The notes: generated by a model from the sequence alone, not told the origin. 35,605 bases of DNA from Prochlorococcus sp. AG-686-P16 (GCA_003208695.1 QCVY01000001.1:1-35605), one strand, 5' to 3'; positions 20,046 through 29,612 are shown, counted from the stretch's first letter. Numbers and translations: made by a program.

Positions 20046-22454
20046 TCATTTTGTTGCTCTTATTGGAGCTAATCTTGGGTCTAAAATTTTGCTCCCTTTA
20101 TCACCAAACTTTATTGCTAAAGATATTTTTTCGCCACTGCCAAAAATATGTATAATTTCACCCTTGCCAAATTTGGAGTGAATTACTTTATCTCCAATCA
20201 ACCAACTTTTACCTTTACTCGGTCCTGAATATAGTTTTCTTACTGCATTAATAGGTTTATTAATAAATTCATTTGAATCGTTCCTATCCACTCTTGTTAA
20301 ACGGTCAAGATGACGTTCCCTTCTAATAGAAGCACCACCAGATTGAGGTATTTCCCCGTCAATTAATTCCTCTGGTATTTCCGAGAGAAATATTGAAGGA
20401 ATTGTTGCTTCTCGCATGCCTCCCCACAATCTTCTTTCTCTTGCATGTGATAAGAAAACTCTCTCTTTAGCTCTTGTTATACCTACATAGCATAATCTTC
20501 TTTCTTCTTCTAGAAGAGAAGGAGTATCTATTGACCTATGGCTTGGGAACAAACCTTGTTCTAGTCCAGTTATAAATACATTTTGAAATTCTAATCCTTT
20601 ACTGTTATGGAGAGTCATTAAAGTGACAGAGTTAGGATGATTTCTTTTTGTATCATTATCTGTAGTTAAAGCTGCTGTTGACAAGAATCCTTCTACATCT
20701 GGGTTCTCGGTCTCTTCTTCAAATTGAGTAGCAGCATTTATTAATTCCTGAAGATTATTTCTTCTATCTTCAGATTCCTCTGAACCACTTGTTAATAAAT
20801 CACTTAAGTAACCACTTTTTTCTAAAATTAATTGAAGAATTTGTGCAGGCCCCGAGTTCTCTATATAGCAAAGAAGGTCATTCATAAGCTCTGTGAATTT
20901 ATTAATGCCTTTTGATGATCTGCCTATAGTCTCATCTAAGCTTTGTTTGTCATTTATGACCTCCCATAAAGGAATGTTCAATTTATTTGATAGCTCATTA
21001 AGTTTTTGAATAGTTGTTTTTCCTATTCCTCTTCTTGGGACATTTATGATTCTTAAAAGGCTTACATTATCTGAAGGATTTACTAATACTTTTAAATATG
21101 CAACTGCATCTTTAACCTCTCTTCTGTCATAAAAACGCAATCCGCCAAAGATTGTATATGGAATTCTCCATCTTACTAGAGATTCTTCTAAAACTCTAGA
21201 TTGTGCCCTAGTCCTATAGAGGATTGCAAAATTTTTCCAGATTGGTTGATTATTGTAATTATTTAGAGATCTTAATTTTGTTGTTATTGCCTCAGCTTCA
21301 GATATCTCATCATCGCAGCTAAGCAACTTTAAAAGTTCTCCTTCCTCCTTGGTAGGCCTTAAAACTTTATCAATTCTTTCAGTATTATTTTCAATCAAAG
21401 AGTTTGCAGCGGTAAGAATATTTGATGAAGATCTATAGTTTTCTTCTAATTTAACTAGAGAGGCTTTCTGATCATTATTAGATGAATTTTTAAAGTCTTC
21501 TTGAAATCCAATTAATATTCTGAAATCTGCTGCCCTAAAACTATAAATACTTTGATCCGCATCTCCAACAACAAAAATTGATCTATCATTCCATTCACAA
21601 AATTTGTTTGGTTCAGTATTGCCAGCCGTGATTAATTTGATCAATTCATATTGTGTCCTATTTGTATCTTGATATTCATCAACTAATACATGCTGGAATC
21701 TTTTATGCCAGTAATCTCTAACTAAATCATTTTGCCTTAATAAAAACACAGGAAGTAGTAAAAGATCATCAAAGTCTAAAGCATTATTTTTAGAGAGAGA
21801 TATTCTGTATCTTCTGTAAGCATCTGCAATTATTTTATCAAAATGATTATCAGCTTTTTCTTCAAGGTCATTAGCTGTAAAACATTGATTTTTTGCGTTA
21901 CTAATAGATCTCTTAATTTTCTTAGGATCAAATCTTTTTGGATCAAGACTCATATCTTGACTAACAATTTCTTTTACTAGGGTCTGAGAATCTGTCTCGT
22001 CATAAATAGAAAATTGCCGTGTCCATGTTAGGCCTTCAGGATCTTGATATTTTTCAATATCGTATCTTAAAAGTCTTGAAAATAGTGCATGAAAAGTTCC
22101 TATCCATAGGTCCCTCAGTCTTTCTTGATCAATATTTGTTCTTAATTGATTTTGATCAAATTCCTTGAGGGTTGACCAAGGCTGCCCAAATTGATTCAAA
22201 GCTATTTCTTGTGCAAGTAGTACTTGAAGTCTTGCTTTCATCTCTTTAGCAGCTTTATTCGTAAAAGTTACTGCAAGAATGTTATATGGATCTACAGAGT
22301 TGTTTTCAATAAGATTAGCAATTCTATGAGTAAGAGCCTTGGTTTTCCCACTGCCTGCACCTGCTACAACTAGCAGTGGTCCATTGATATGATTTACTGC
22401 TTTTAGTTGTGCATTATTTAAGGATTTAAAAAGGAAGTTGTTAGTTTGAGGCAC
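20046..22454 (-). CDS. pcrA: ATP-dependent DNA helicase UvrD/PcrA
   Basis: AGAGSGKT, VTFTNKAA, VDEYQDTN, VGDADQSIYSFR, LEENYRS, TLHNSKGLEF, EERRLCYVGITRA and a C-terminal Tudor-like HSKFGKG. Confidence 0.95.
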   Translation of the reverse strand: MPQTNNFLFKSLNNAQLKAVNHINGPLLVVAGAGSGKTKALTHRIANLIENNSVDPYNILAVTFTNKAAKEMKARLQVLLAQEIALNQFGQPWSTLKEFDQNQLRTNIDQERLRDLWIGTFHALFSRLLRYDIEKYQDPEGLTWTRQFSIYDETDSQTLVKEIVSQDMSLDPKRFDPKKIKRSISNAKNQCFTANDLEEKADNHFDKIIADAYRRYRISLSKNNALDFDDLLLLPVFLLRQNDLVRDYWHKRFQHVLVDEYQDTNRTQYELIKLITAGNTEPNKFCEWNDRSIFVVGDADQSIYSFRAADFRILIGFQEDFKNSSNNDQKASLVKLEENYRSSSNILTAANSLIENNTERIDKVLRPTKEEGELLKLLSCDDEISEAEAITTKLRSLNNYNNQPIWKNFAILYRTRAQSRVLEESLVRWRIPYTIFGGLRFYDRREVKDAVAYLKVLVNPSDNVSLLRIINVPRRGIGKTTIQKLNELSNKLNIPLWEVINDKQSLDETIGRSSKGINKFTELMNDLLCYIENSGPAQILQLILEKSGYLSDLLTSGSEESEDRRNNLQELINAATQFEEETENPDVEGFLSTAALTTDNDTKRNHPNSVTLMTLHNSKGLEFQNVFITGLEQGLFPSHRSIDTPSLLEEERRLCYVGITRAKERVFLSHARERRLWGGMREATIPSIFLSEIPEELIDGEIPQSGGASIRRERHLDRLTRVDRNDSNEFINKPINAVRKLYSGPSKGKSWLIGDKVIHSKFGKGEIIHIFGSGEKISLAIKFGDKGSKILDPRLAPIRATK

Positions 22455-22492
22455 TTTTTGGAGGTTGTATTATTAAAAATTTTTACCTTACT

Positions 22493-22717
22493 TTAATTTG
22501 AAGATTGTGGATTAGTCTCTAATTCTTGTAATGCTTTTTTTAAATTAATTAATTCATTATTATTGTTGATAATTTCTTCGAACTTATTTTGAGGCATTTT
22601 TAATTTAATACTTCTCTCAAGAATTTCTTTTTCTAATCTTTTCTTATAAGAAGAAACAAGTTTTTTTGATAATTTTAATTCTTGTTTATTCAAAATTTTT
22701 AGGAATGATAAACTCAT
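22493..22717 (-). CDS. Hypothetical small basic helical protein (74 aa), divergent from cpeB
   Basis: Open frame with ATG filling the gap between pcrA and cpeB; K/L/E-rich, coiled-coil-like; no recognised motif. Confidence 0.6.
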   Translation of the reverse strand: MSLSFLKILNKQELKLSKKLVSSYKKRLEKEILERSIKLKMPQNKFEEIINNNNELINLKKALQELETNPQSSN

Positions 22718-22872
22718 CTTAGCGAAAAATTTATTTTATTTATATTATTTTGAATATCGCGTCGAAATTTAGTTTTGATTAAGAACCATTTCGTTTATTT
22801 TAAGATTTAATTATTTTAATTTGCTCTGATCTATTATAAATAAATAGGAATTTCAAATTTTTAGATTTAAGA

Positions 22873-23400
22873 ATGAAAGTTTCAAATAGTAATCAAATTT
22901 TATCAACTGATAGAGATTTAGAAAATATAAGTAATAAAAATATTGAGGACATAAAAGAATTTATAAATACTGCAAACTCAAGATTAGATGCAATAAATTC
23001 AATAACAAATAATTCTCACGCAATTGCCGCTGATGCTGTAACTGCAATGATTTGTGAAAATCAAGATTCAGTTAATGCAAAAATATCTATAGATACCACA
23101 AATAAGATGTCTGTTTGTCTAAGAGATGGAGAAATAATTTTAAGGATTGTTTCTTACCTTTTAATTTCTGATGATGAATCAGTTTTATCTAAAAACTGTT
23201 TAAAGGACCTTAAAAATACTTATTTAGCCCTTGGTGTACCCCTAAAAAATGCTATCCGAGTTTTTGAACTAATGAGAGATTCAACGATTTCTGATTTAAA
23301 ATCTACTGTAAATACTTTGAAAGGAGAAAAAGAATTTCTTCCTGTTTTAATTTCTAATACCGAGTTTCAATTTGAAAGAATAATCAATCTTTTGAGATAG
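22873..23400 (+). CDS. cpeB: Degenerate phycoerythrin beta subunit
   Basis: RLDAIN, MICEN (C61), [17 protein letters not shown] (C82) and [15 protein letters not shown]; phycobiliprotein beta pattern. Confidence 0.93.
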   Translation: MKVSNSNQILSTDRDLENISNKNIEDIKEFINTANSRLDAINSITNNSHAIAADAVTAMICENQDSVNAKISIDTTNKMSVCLRDGEIILRIVSYLLISDDESVLSKNCLKDLKNTYLALGVPLKNAIRVFELMRDSTISDLKSTVNTLKGEKEFLPVLISNTEFQFERIINLLR

Positions 23401-23935
23401 ACATATTTCTTATCTCTGATGTGTGTGAGGTTTGTATTACGGTGTTATTCTCATAATTTCTAATTACTGAATATCTGGATCTAATATGATTAGATAAAAA
23501 ACAAATTCTTTCTTCAGAAACTGTTGAACTGTAAATAGTTTTAATATTTAAGTTCTCATTTTCATCAATCAAATATTCTGACGATGAAATCACGGATTCA
23601 GTATATCCCTTATTACGTAGAACAATCCCTTTATTTTTATCCTTAGGTAAAAATAATAATATAGTTTTATCTTCTTCAATTTTTTTATCCATCTCCCAAT
23701 CACTTATTGCTTTCCAACTTATTGATAATGCTATTACAAAAGTTTTAGAGGTGGAATTATATTTTTCTAAAAGTTCGACTACATTTTTATTATTGATTTC
23801 TAACTCTTTTATTACTATTTTGCTAGTTGAATTTTCAACTTCCTGAAAAGTCAAAGAATGAGTGCTTCTTATGGATTTCCACTCTCCTAAACTTTTTTGA
23901 ATAAATTGATTAATTTTTATTAGATTCTTCGTCAA
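23384..23935 (-). CDS. cpeS: S-type phycobiliprotein lyase
   Basis: [32 protein letters not shown]...RSRYS and SHTSEIR match the CpcS/CpeS pattern; adjacent to cpeB. Confidence 0.9.
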   Translation of the reverse strand: MTKNLIKINQFIQKSLGEWKSIRSTHSLTFQEVENSTSKIVIKELEINNKNVVELLEKYNSTSKTFVIALSISWKAISDWEMDKKIEEDKTILLFLPKDKNKGIVLRNKGYTESVISSSEYLIDENENLNIKTIYSSTVSEERICFLSNHIRSRYSVIRNYENNTVIQTSHTSEIRNMSISKD

Positions 23936-24089
23936 GTTTATCTTCTACTGAATGATTGGTAGCTTTTTGAATCATCCTTACCATAGAATCTACCATTAAT
24001 CTTTTTGCAGAAGTCACTTTTAATCCGGAAGGTGTAGTTGATATTTGTTCTCCAGGACGATCATATGATGTTGGTCTAAATGGATTCAT
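23910..24089 (-). CDS. Hypothetical 59-aa protein directly upstream of and overlapping cpeS
   Basis: Manual translation [59 protein letters not shown]. Less AT-rich than the adjacent intergenic DNA; just below the track's length cut-off. Confidence 0.7.
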   Translation of the reverse strand: MNPFRPTSYDRPGEQISTTPSGLKVTSAKRLMVDSMVRMIQKATNHSVEDKLDEESNKN

Positions 24090-24205
24090 CTAAAAATTTT
24101 TAAATTCAACAGAATTATATTCTTACATAAATAGTCATTTTTAATGTTGTTTTTTGCAAAAATGTTATATCTTTATGGATGGTTTTAGGATTATTAATTA
24201 TTGCC

Positions 24206-24841
24206 TTATTTTGGAATTTTTCTTTTTGCTAAACCTGAAATAGTTGCTAAAGCAAACATGCCTAAAAGAGCTATTCCCAGAAATAAACCTGCCCCCTGGC
24301 TGACTCCAGCTCCAACAGCAACAAGAATGGAATCACTGATTAGAAGACTTATTAATAAAGCTGGGGTGAATATTTTCCACCGAGTTCCTCCAATGCCAAT
24401 TGCATAGCTGAGAAAATCAAAAAGTCCAGTCATAAGGAGACCTGTCATTAGGAAGAAGTTTTCTTCTAATTGGTTTTGATTAAAACTTTCAATTCTTTTC
24501 ATTGCTTTTGAGCCTACTAAACCATGAACAGGACCACGACCAAAATATCTTGCTACAAAGAAAGCTGCTTGGCAAAAAACGATATCAGAAAAGACAATTG
24601 TTACATAACCCTTTTGGAATCCTAACAAGGAGCCAGCCAGAAGTGAATAGGCCGAACTTGGGAGAGCAGGTAAGATTATGCTTACTCCTCTGAGAAAAAA
24701 TATTCCAAAAGGTGCCCATATTCCCATAATCTCTACCTTGTTCCTAAGAGGTTCGATGCCATAGTTTTGTATGAAATAAATTAATACAACAAATATTGCT
24801 ATAAAAAAAACTACTGAGAGGAATTTTTGAATTTTATTCAT
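24206..24841 (-). CDS. TVP38/TMEM64 (VTT/DedA superfamily) membrane protein
   Basis: Multiple hydrophobic segments; ILPALPS..YSLLAGSLLG, ARYFGR and FDFLSYAIG. Confidence 0.85.
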   Translation of the reverse strand: MNKIQKFLSVVFFIAIFVVLIYFIQNYGIEPLRNKVEIMGIWAPFGIFFLRGVSIILPALPSSAYSLLAGSLLGFQKGYVTIVFSDIVFCQAAFFVARYFGRGPVHGLVGSKAMKRIESFNQNQLEENFFLMTGLLMTGLFDFLSYAIGIGGTRWKIFTPALLISLLISDSILVAVGAGVSQGAGLFLGIALLGMFALATISGLAKRKIPK

Positions 24842-25066
24842 TATTTGTCCGAAAATTCTTTGAGAGCTAACTTTGGGAATTAATAACTGATCCTATCTAT
24901 AATAGAAACACTAATCAATAAAATCTTTTACAAAGTTTTTAATCTTATATTTTCAATATATTTTTAAGCAAACTTCATTAGTAAATTCTGAATCAAAATT
25001 GAAAATTAATAAGATATAAATATCATTTTCAAAATTCAATTTATTGATTTCTAATATTCAAATATT

Positions 25067-25486
25067 ATGATTGAAGACAAGAATAAATTTTCATCAATAC
25101 TAGCTGTAAATATCTTTTCTTTGGCTTTTACTATATTTTTCTCTTTTTGCATTTCAATAAAACAATCATATGCTTTGTCCCATGATTGGGTTGGAATCCC
25201 AATAAGTGAATACGGTGAACAATTATGGGATAGAAAAAGTATAATCAGGAATCAAGATGGGTCTGTTAGAGTAGTTAGCAAATTTATTCCAAAAACTAAA
25301 AGTGAAATAACGCAAGATATTCTTTATACAATGGACATAAACTGTTTTGAGAAATATTTTAGAGATGTTGACGTTTTCACAGATGAGGAAAATAGTCATT
25401 TAAACAATCTTGCTGATTGGCAAGATCCAAATGGAGACCAACTAATTTTGGGTGTAATTGATCAAGTATGTAGATCTGAAAACTAA
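25067..25486 (+). CDS. Hypothetical exported protein (signal peptide, two Cys in mature region)
   Basis: Hydrophobic N-terminus ending SYA; W-D-x-x-S-I and YTMDINC...DQVC suggest a small periplasmic beta protein with one disulfide. Confidence 0.72.
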   Translation: MIEDKNKFSSILAVNIFSLAFTIFFSFCISIKQSYALSHDWVGIPISEYGEQLWDRKSIIRNQDGSVRVVSKFIPKTKSEITQDILYTMDINCFEKYFRDVDVFTDEENSHLNNLADWQDPNGDQLILGVIDQVCRSEN

Positions 25487-25610
25487 AAATTTAAATTTGT
25501 AGAATATTCATTTAAAAAGTAACTATCAAAGAAACCTTAAAGGTGCTTGGATCTAGATTTAATGGGAGACAACATTAAAAGTAGTTAAGTCTTAATATCA
25601 GATTAATAAC

Positions 25611-25638
25611 AAAACTATGCCATTCATAGTTTTTTTTT
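25611..25638 (+). terminator. Putative intrinsic terminator
   Basis: AAAACTATG-ccatt-CATAGTTTT stem-loop followed by further T residues. Confidence 0.55.
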
Positions 25639-25698
25639 GCTCTATGAGGAATTCCTTTAAATAACCTAAAAAGGCTGTTATAACTGAAATTAGGCATT

Positions 25699-25721
25699 AA
25701 AAAAGCATCTTTTCAGATGCT
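25699..25721 (-). terminator. Intrinsic terminator of tRNA-Phe
   Basis: Minus strand reads AGCATCT-GAAA-AGATGCT-TTTTT, about 20 nt past the tRNA 3' end. Confidence 0.75.
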
Positions 25722-25743
25722 CATTTAAACCTTTTATTAAAGG

Positions 25744-25816
25744 TGCCAGGACCCAGATTTGAACTGGGGACACGGCGATTTTCAGTCGCCTGCTCTACCA
25801 ACTGAGCTATCCCGGC
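25744..25816 (-). tRNA. tRNA-Phe (GAA)
   Basis: Reverse complement GCCGGGATAGCTCAGTTGGTAGAGCAGGCGACTGAAAATCGCCGTGTCCCCAGTTCAAATCTGGGTCCTGGCA; followed by CCT, so CCA is not fully encoded. Confidence 0.97.
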
Positions 25817-25863
25817 TCTATCTTACATACTCTAAATTAAGATGTGTAGTTTGTGAAACCCCT

Positions 25864-25902
25864 TTCATTAAATTTTTATATCTTGATTAAAGATTTAATG
25901 AA
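25864..25902. repeat. Inverted repeat between the FGGY kinase stop and tRNA-Phe
   Basis: TTCATTAAAT (25864-25873) and ATTTAATGAA (25893-25902) form perfect 10-bp arms. AT-rich, function uncertain. Confidence 0.4.
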
Positions 25903-25911
25903 TGAAATATA

Positions 25912-27141
25912 TTATTTTGCATTAATTGCTAATAAAGCGGTCCCAAATGAAGTTGTTTTTTTACATGAAATTATTGGGATATTAATAATCCGTTCTCTTA
26001 TGGCTCTCCACTGAGGGTTTTTTGAACCTCCACCAGTAGTAACAATTCTTTTTGGAAGTGATCCTGTCAGCTCATATAGTTTCTCCCATCCTTTCAATTC
26101 AATTATTGCTAACCCCTCGAACAATGCATGTAAATAAAGTGAGTCACTAACTGGCCTAGGACTAAGAATTGGCTCTAAAAAAGGATTATTAACAGGAAAT
26201 CTCTCACCCCTGCTATTGAGTGGTAAAAGATTTAGAGAAGTTTTTTTTGAGGGATTTATTTGTCTGCTAAGTTCTTTTATTTCTAAATCAGAAAAAAATT
26301 GAGATAAAATTCCACAGCCAGCGTTTGATGCTCCTCCACATATCCAGTCTTCACTTAATCGATGGGTTGTAATTCCCTTTTCTTTGATTGGGGTCTTATT
26401 AATTTTTTTTACTACGATTGTGGTTCCTAAAACCGTTAGACCTTCTTCTTTTCCTAATCCTGCAGCTAAAAAAGCTGCATTTGAATCAGTTGTCCCCGAG
26501 ACTAATAGTATTTTCTTATTTAATTTGAACCTTTCGGCTATGTCAGTATCGATTTGCCCCAAGATTTTTCCGCTTTTAATTATTAGAGGTAAGCATTTTT
26601 GCCATGAAGTATTTAGATAACTTTTTGGCCAAGATTCTTTTATTAAATCCCAACCAAGTTTGATATTGTTGCCTTCTTCTCCATATGTCCAATCTTTCAA
26701 AAACCAGCCAGTTATCAAGTCAGATTGATGTCTTAAAAGAATATTTTCCCCAAATTTATCTATTAGTTGTAATGCTTTAGCTAAACTACTGTATGGGGTT
26801 TGTAAATGATATTCTCCATCCGTTATCGATTCAATAAGGATTTTATGTTCATTACATGCTTGATCATAAGGTATAGCTTCTCCTATCGGATCTCCTCTTA
26901 AATTACAAGCTGTTAAAGTTCCGGAAGTGCCAGAGATTGCTAAATTAACAATATTGTTTTTTATATCAAGAGGTAAATTATCTAGAAGTTTTTCACAAGA
27001 ATTAATCCAAGAGTTAGGATCTTTAAAGCCATATTGATAGGGAACTGAATTCGTATATCTTAACTCCTTTTTAAAATCAATTATGGAGATTCTTACACCA
27101 CTAGTCCCAAAATCTAATCCCCCAAAAAAATCATCTGGCAT
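25912..27141 (-). CDS. FGGY-family carbohydrate kinase (cyanobacterial D-ribulose kinase-like)
   Basis: GLDFGTSG, SGTSGT, GTTDSNAA, GGASNAG, GERFP and GGGSKN; directly downstream of metK. Confidence 0.88.
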   Translation of the reverse strand: MPDDFFGGLDFGTSGVRISIIDFKKELRYTNSVPYQYGFKDPNSWINSCEKLLDNLPLDIKNNIVNLAISGTSGTLTACNLRGDPIGEAIPYDQACNEHKILIESITDGEYHLQTPYSSLAKALQLIDKFGENILLRHQSDLITGWFLKDWTYGEEGNNIKLGWDLIKESWPKSYLNTSWQKCLPLIIKSGKILGQIDTDIAERFKLNKKILLVSGTTDSNAAFLAAGLGKEEGLTVLGTTIVVKKINKTPIKEKGITTHRLSEDWICGGASNAGCGILSQFFSDLEIKELSRQINPSKKTSLNLLPLNSRGERFPVNNPFLEPILSPRPVSDSLYLHALFEGLAIIELKGWEKLYELTGSLPKRIVTTGGGSKNPQWRAIRERIINIPIISCKKTTSFGTALLAINAK

Positions 27142-27147
27142 AAATAT

Positions 27148-28389
27148 TTACAAAAGGTTTTTTGAGGCCTCTACTAATTGGGCTGATTTTTCTTCAACAC
27201 TTTCCCAAGGAAGCTTTAGATCATTTCTACCAAAGTGTCCATAAGATGCAGTTTTTCTGAAAAATTCACCACCCATTTTTTTTGGTAGATTTCTTAAATC
27301 AAACTCTTTTATTATTGCTGCAGGTCTTAAATCAAAGTTGTTTTTAATTAGTTCTTTCAAATTATTTTGAGAAATAACACCAGTACCAAAAGTTTCAACA
27401 AGAATTGAAATTGGTTTGGCAACTCCAATGGCATAACTTAATTGTACTTCTGCCTTTTTTGCTAATTTTGCTTTAACAATACTTTTAGCTACATAACGTG
27501 CTGCATATGCAGCTGATCTGTCAACTTTAGTAGGATCTTTACCAGAGAATGCACCGCCTCCATGCCTTGCATATCCTCCATAAGTATCTACAATTATTTT
27601 TCTGCCAGTAAGTCCTGCATCGCCTTGAGGTCCACCTACAACAAATTTACCTGTGGGATTCACGAGGAATCTTGTATTTTGACTTGTTGGTTTGATTTCT
27701 AAATCTTCTGTTGCTGGTAATACAACATTGATCCATAAATCTTCTTTTATCTTTTGACGAATTTCTTCTTCATTTGTAAGTCCATCAATCTCAGTAGTAT
27801 GCTGAGTTGAAATTAAAATGGTGTTTATTGAAACTGGGACCCCTTTTTTGTAATCAATACTTACTTGAGTTTTTCCATCAGGTAGAAGATAATCAAGAAC
27901 TTTTTCATGTCTTACTTTTGCAAGTTGTATTGCTAATCTGTGAGCCAAGCTTATTGGTAATGGCATTAATTCAGGTGTTTCATCACATGCATATCCAAAC
28001 ATTATTCCCTGATCACCAGCCCCAGTATTGTTCTCCAAATCCTCGTTCGCATCATCTGCTTCATTTACTCCTTGGGAAATATCAGGTGATTGCTCGTCAA
28101 GAGCCACTAAAACGGCGCAGCTATTTGAGTCAAAACCCCCAGCTTTTGAACCTTCATATCCAATTTCTTTAATTACTTTCCTAACAAGTTTTATATAATC
28201 AAGCTTTGCTTTAGAAGTTATTTCACCAGTAAGTAAGCAAAGACCAGTATTGACAACTGTTTCGCAGGCTACTCTACTCTCTGGGTCTTCAGTCAATAAA
28301 GCATCTAAAATAGCATCACTGATTTGATCACATATCTTGTCAGGATGACCTTCAGTTACAGATTCAGAAGTAAAAATAAAATCACTCAT
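27148..28389 (-). CDS. metK: S-adenosylmethionine synthetase
   Basis: [27 protein letters not shown] and [16 protein letters not shown]. Confidence 0.98.
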   Translation of the reverse strand: MSDFIFTSESVTEGHPDKICDQISDAILDALLTEDPESRVACETVVNTGLCLLTGEITSKAKLDYIKLVRKVIKEIGYEGSKAGGFDSNSCAVLVALDEQSPDISQGVNEADDANEDLENNTGAGDQGIMFGYACDETPELMPLPISLAHRLAIQLAKVRHEKVLDYLLPDGKTQVSIDYKKGVPVSINTILISTQHTTEIDGLTNEEEIRQKIKEDLWINVVLPATEDLEIKPTSQNTRFLVNPTGKFVVGGPQGDAGLTGRKIIVDTYGGYARHGGGAFSGKDPTKVDRSAAYAARYVAKSIVKAKLAKKAEVQLSYAIGVAKPISILVETFGTGVISQNNLKELIKNNFDLRPAAIIKEFDLRNLPKKMGGEFFRKTASYGHFGRNDLKLPWESVEEKSAQLVEASKNLL

Positions 28390-28520
28390 TTATAAATAAT
28401 TAAGGAATATTCCTAATCTTAATTTAAATCGTAAAATTTAATCAATAGTTATTAAGTTGAAATTATAAGAATTTATTGAATCTAAGATTATTTTGTTTGT
28501 TAAGTTATTAAAAATTAAAT

Positions 28521-29612
28521 TTATACGTTTTCTGAAATCTCTGTGGGTTGCTCTTCGTTTTCATCAGTTTGCTCAAGTAACATTTGCTTATATTTTGCAG
28601 CCATTTCTTCAGCTTTATTAAAAACTTTTTGTGGGTCAGTTAGCATATCACCTGGTTCTGGTTCTAGAGCTTTTGTTGATAAAGAGATTCTCCCTCTCTC
28701 GGAATCTAAGTCTATTATCATTACTTTCATCTGATCATTTACATTCAAAACATTATGAGGTGTTTCAATATGTTCATGACTAATTTCAGAAATATGCAGA
28801 AGACCACTCACTCCTCCGATATCAATAAAAGCTCCATAAGGTTTGATGCCCTTTACCGAACCTACAACAACTTCTCCAACTTCAAGTCTATTCATTTTTT
28901 TCTCAACTAAAGCCCTTCTATGACTTAAAACTAATCTGTTTTTTTCTTCATCCACTTCAAGAAATTTTAAAGGTAAATATTCCCCTTCCAAATCTTCTTT
29001 AATTTTTCTGGCACTAATATGAGATCCAGGGATGAAGCCTCTCAAGCCTTCAACTCTGACTAAAGCCCCACCTCTGTTAGTTGCAAAAACCTCAGAATAT
29101 ATAGTTGCATCTTCTTTTTGTAACTGTCTTACTCTTTCCCATGCTCTTTGGTATTCTATCCTTCTAATTGATAAAGCTAACTGGCCATCTTCATTCTCCT
29201 CACTCATTATAAAAAATTCTCTACTTTCTGAAGGTTGCAAAACATCACTTAGACCTTCAACTCTATTGATAGAAACTTCCTGCATAGGCATAAAAGCTGC
29301 AGTCTTAGCTCCTATATCTATCATTGCTCCTTTAGGCTCTAAAGCAAAAACTGTACCTTTTACAAGATCCCCAGGTTTAAAATTATAATCATATTTTCCT
29401 AATAATGATGCAAACTCTTCTTGAGTAAATCCTGCTGTATCCAAGTCACTATTTCGTCTGCTTGAAGAAGCATCTGCAGAGGGAATATCTTTAGGGTCAA
29501 ATGATAAATCTTCCCCTTTTGGAGTTTCTAAAGTATTGTCTTGTATCGTTGAATTATTAATTTCTTTTTCGTCTGAAATTTCTTCTACTGTTTGGGAAGG
29601 ATTTTCGATCAT
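28521..29612 (-). CDS. rps1: 30S ribosomal protein S1 (cyanobacterial three-domain type)
   Basis: Three S1 repeats (IDIGAKTAAFMP, GLRGFIPGSHIS, YGAFIDIGGVSGLLHISEIS). Confidence 0.95.
   Translation of the reverse strand: MIENPSQTVEEISDEKEINNSTIQDNTLETPKGEDLSFDPKDIPSADASSSRRNSDLDTAGFTQEEFASLLGKYDYNFKPGDLVKGTVFALEPKGAMIDIGAKTAAFMPMQEVSINRVEGLSDVLQPSESREFFIMSEENEDGQLALSIRRIEYQRAWERVRQLQKEDATIYSEVFATNRGGALVRVEGLRGFIPGSHISARKIKEDLEGEYLPLKFLEVDEEKNRLVLSHRRALVEKKMNRLEVGEVVVGSVKGIKPYGAFIDIGGVSGLLHISEISHEHIETPHNVLNVNDQMKVMIIDLDSERGRISLSTKALEPEPGDMLTDPQKVFNKAEEMAAKYKQMLLEQTDENEEQPTEISENV

Noticed and set aside
23421-23430. GTGTGTGAGG just past the cpeB stop, partly complementary to the Yfr1 sRNA motif
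   Set aside because: It is a short partial match fully explained by cpeS codons (QTSHT) on the opposite strand.
25562-25664. Micro-ORFs MGDNIKSS and MPFIVFFCSMRNSFK in the intergenic gap
   Set aside because: Too short and without support. They coincide with the hairpins, which are better explained as RNA structure.
22493-25816. Possible tRNA-anchored genomic island or prophage at tRNA-Phe
   Set aside because: No integrase, no visible duplicate of the tRNA 3' end and no phage genes. The content fits a reduced phycoerythrin region. A computational repeat search was not possible.
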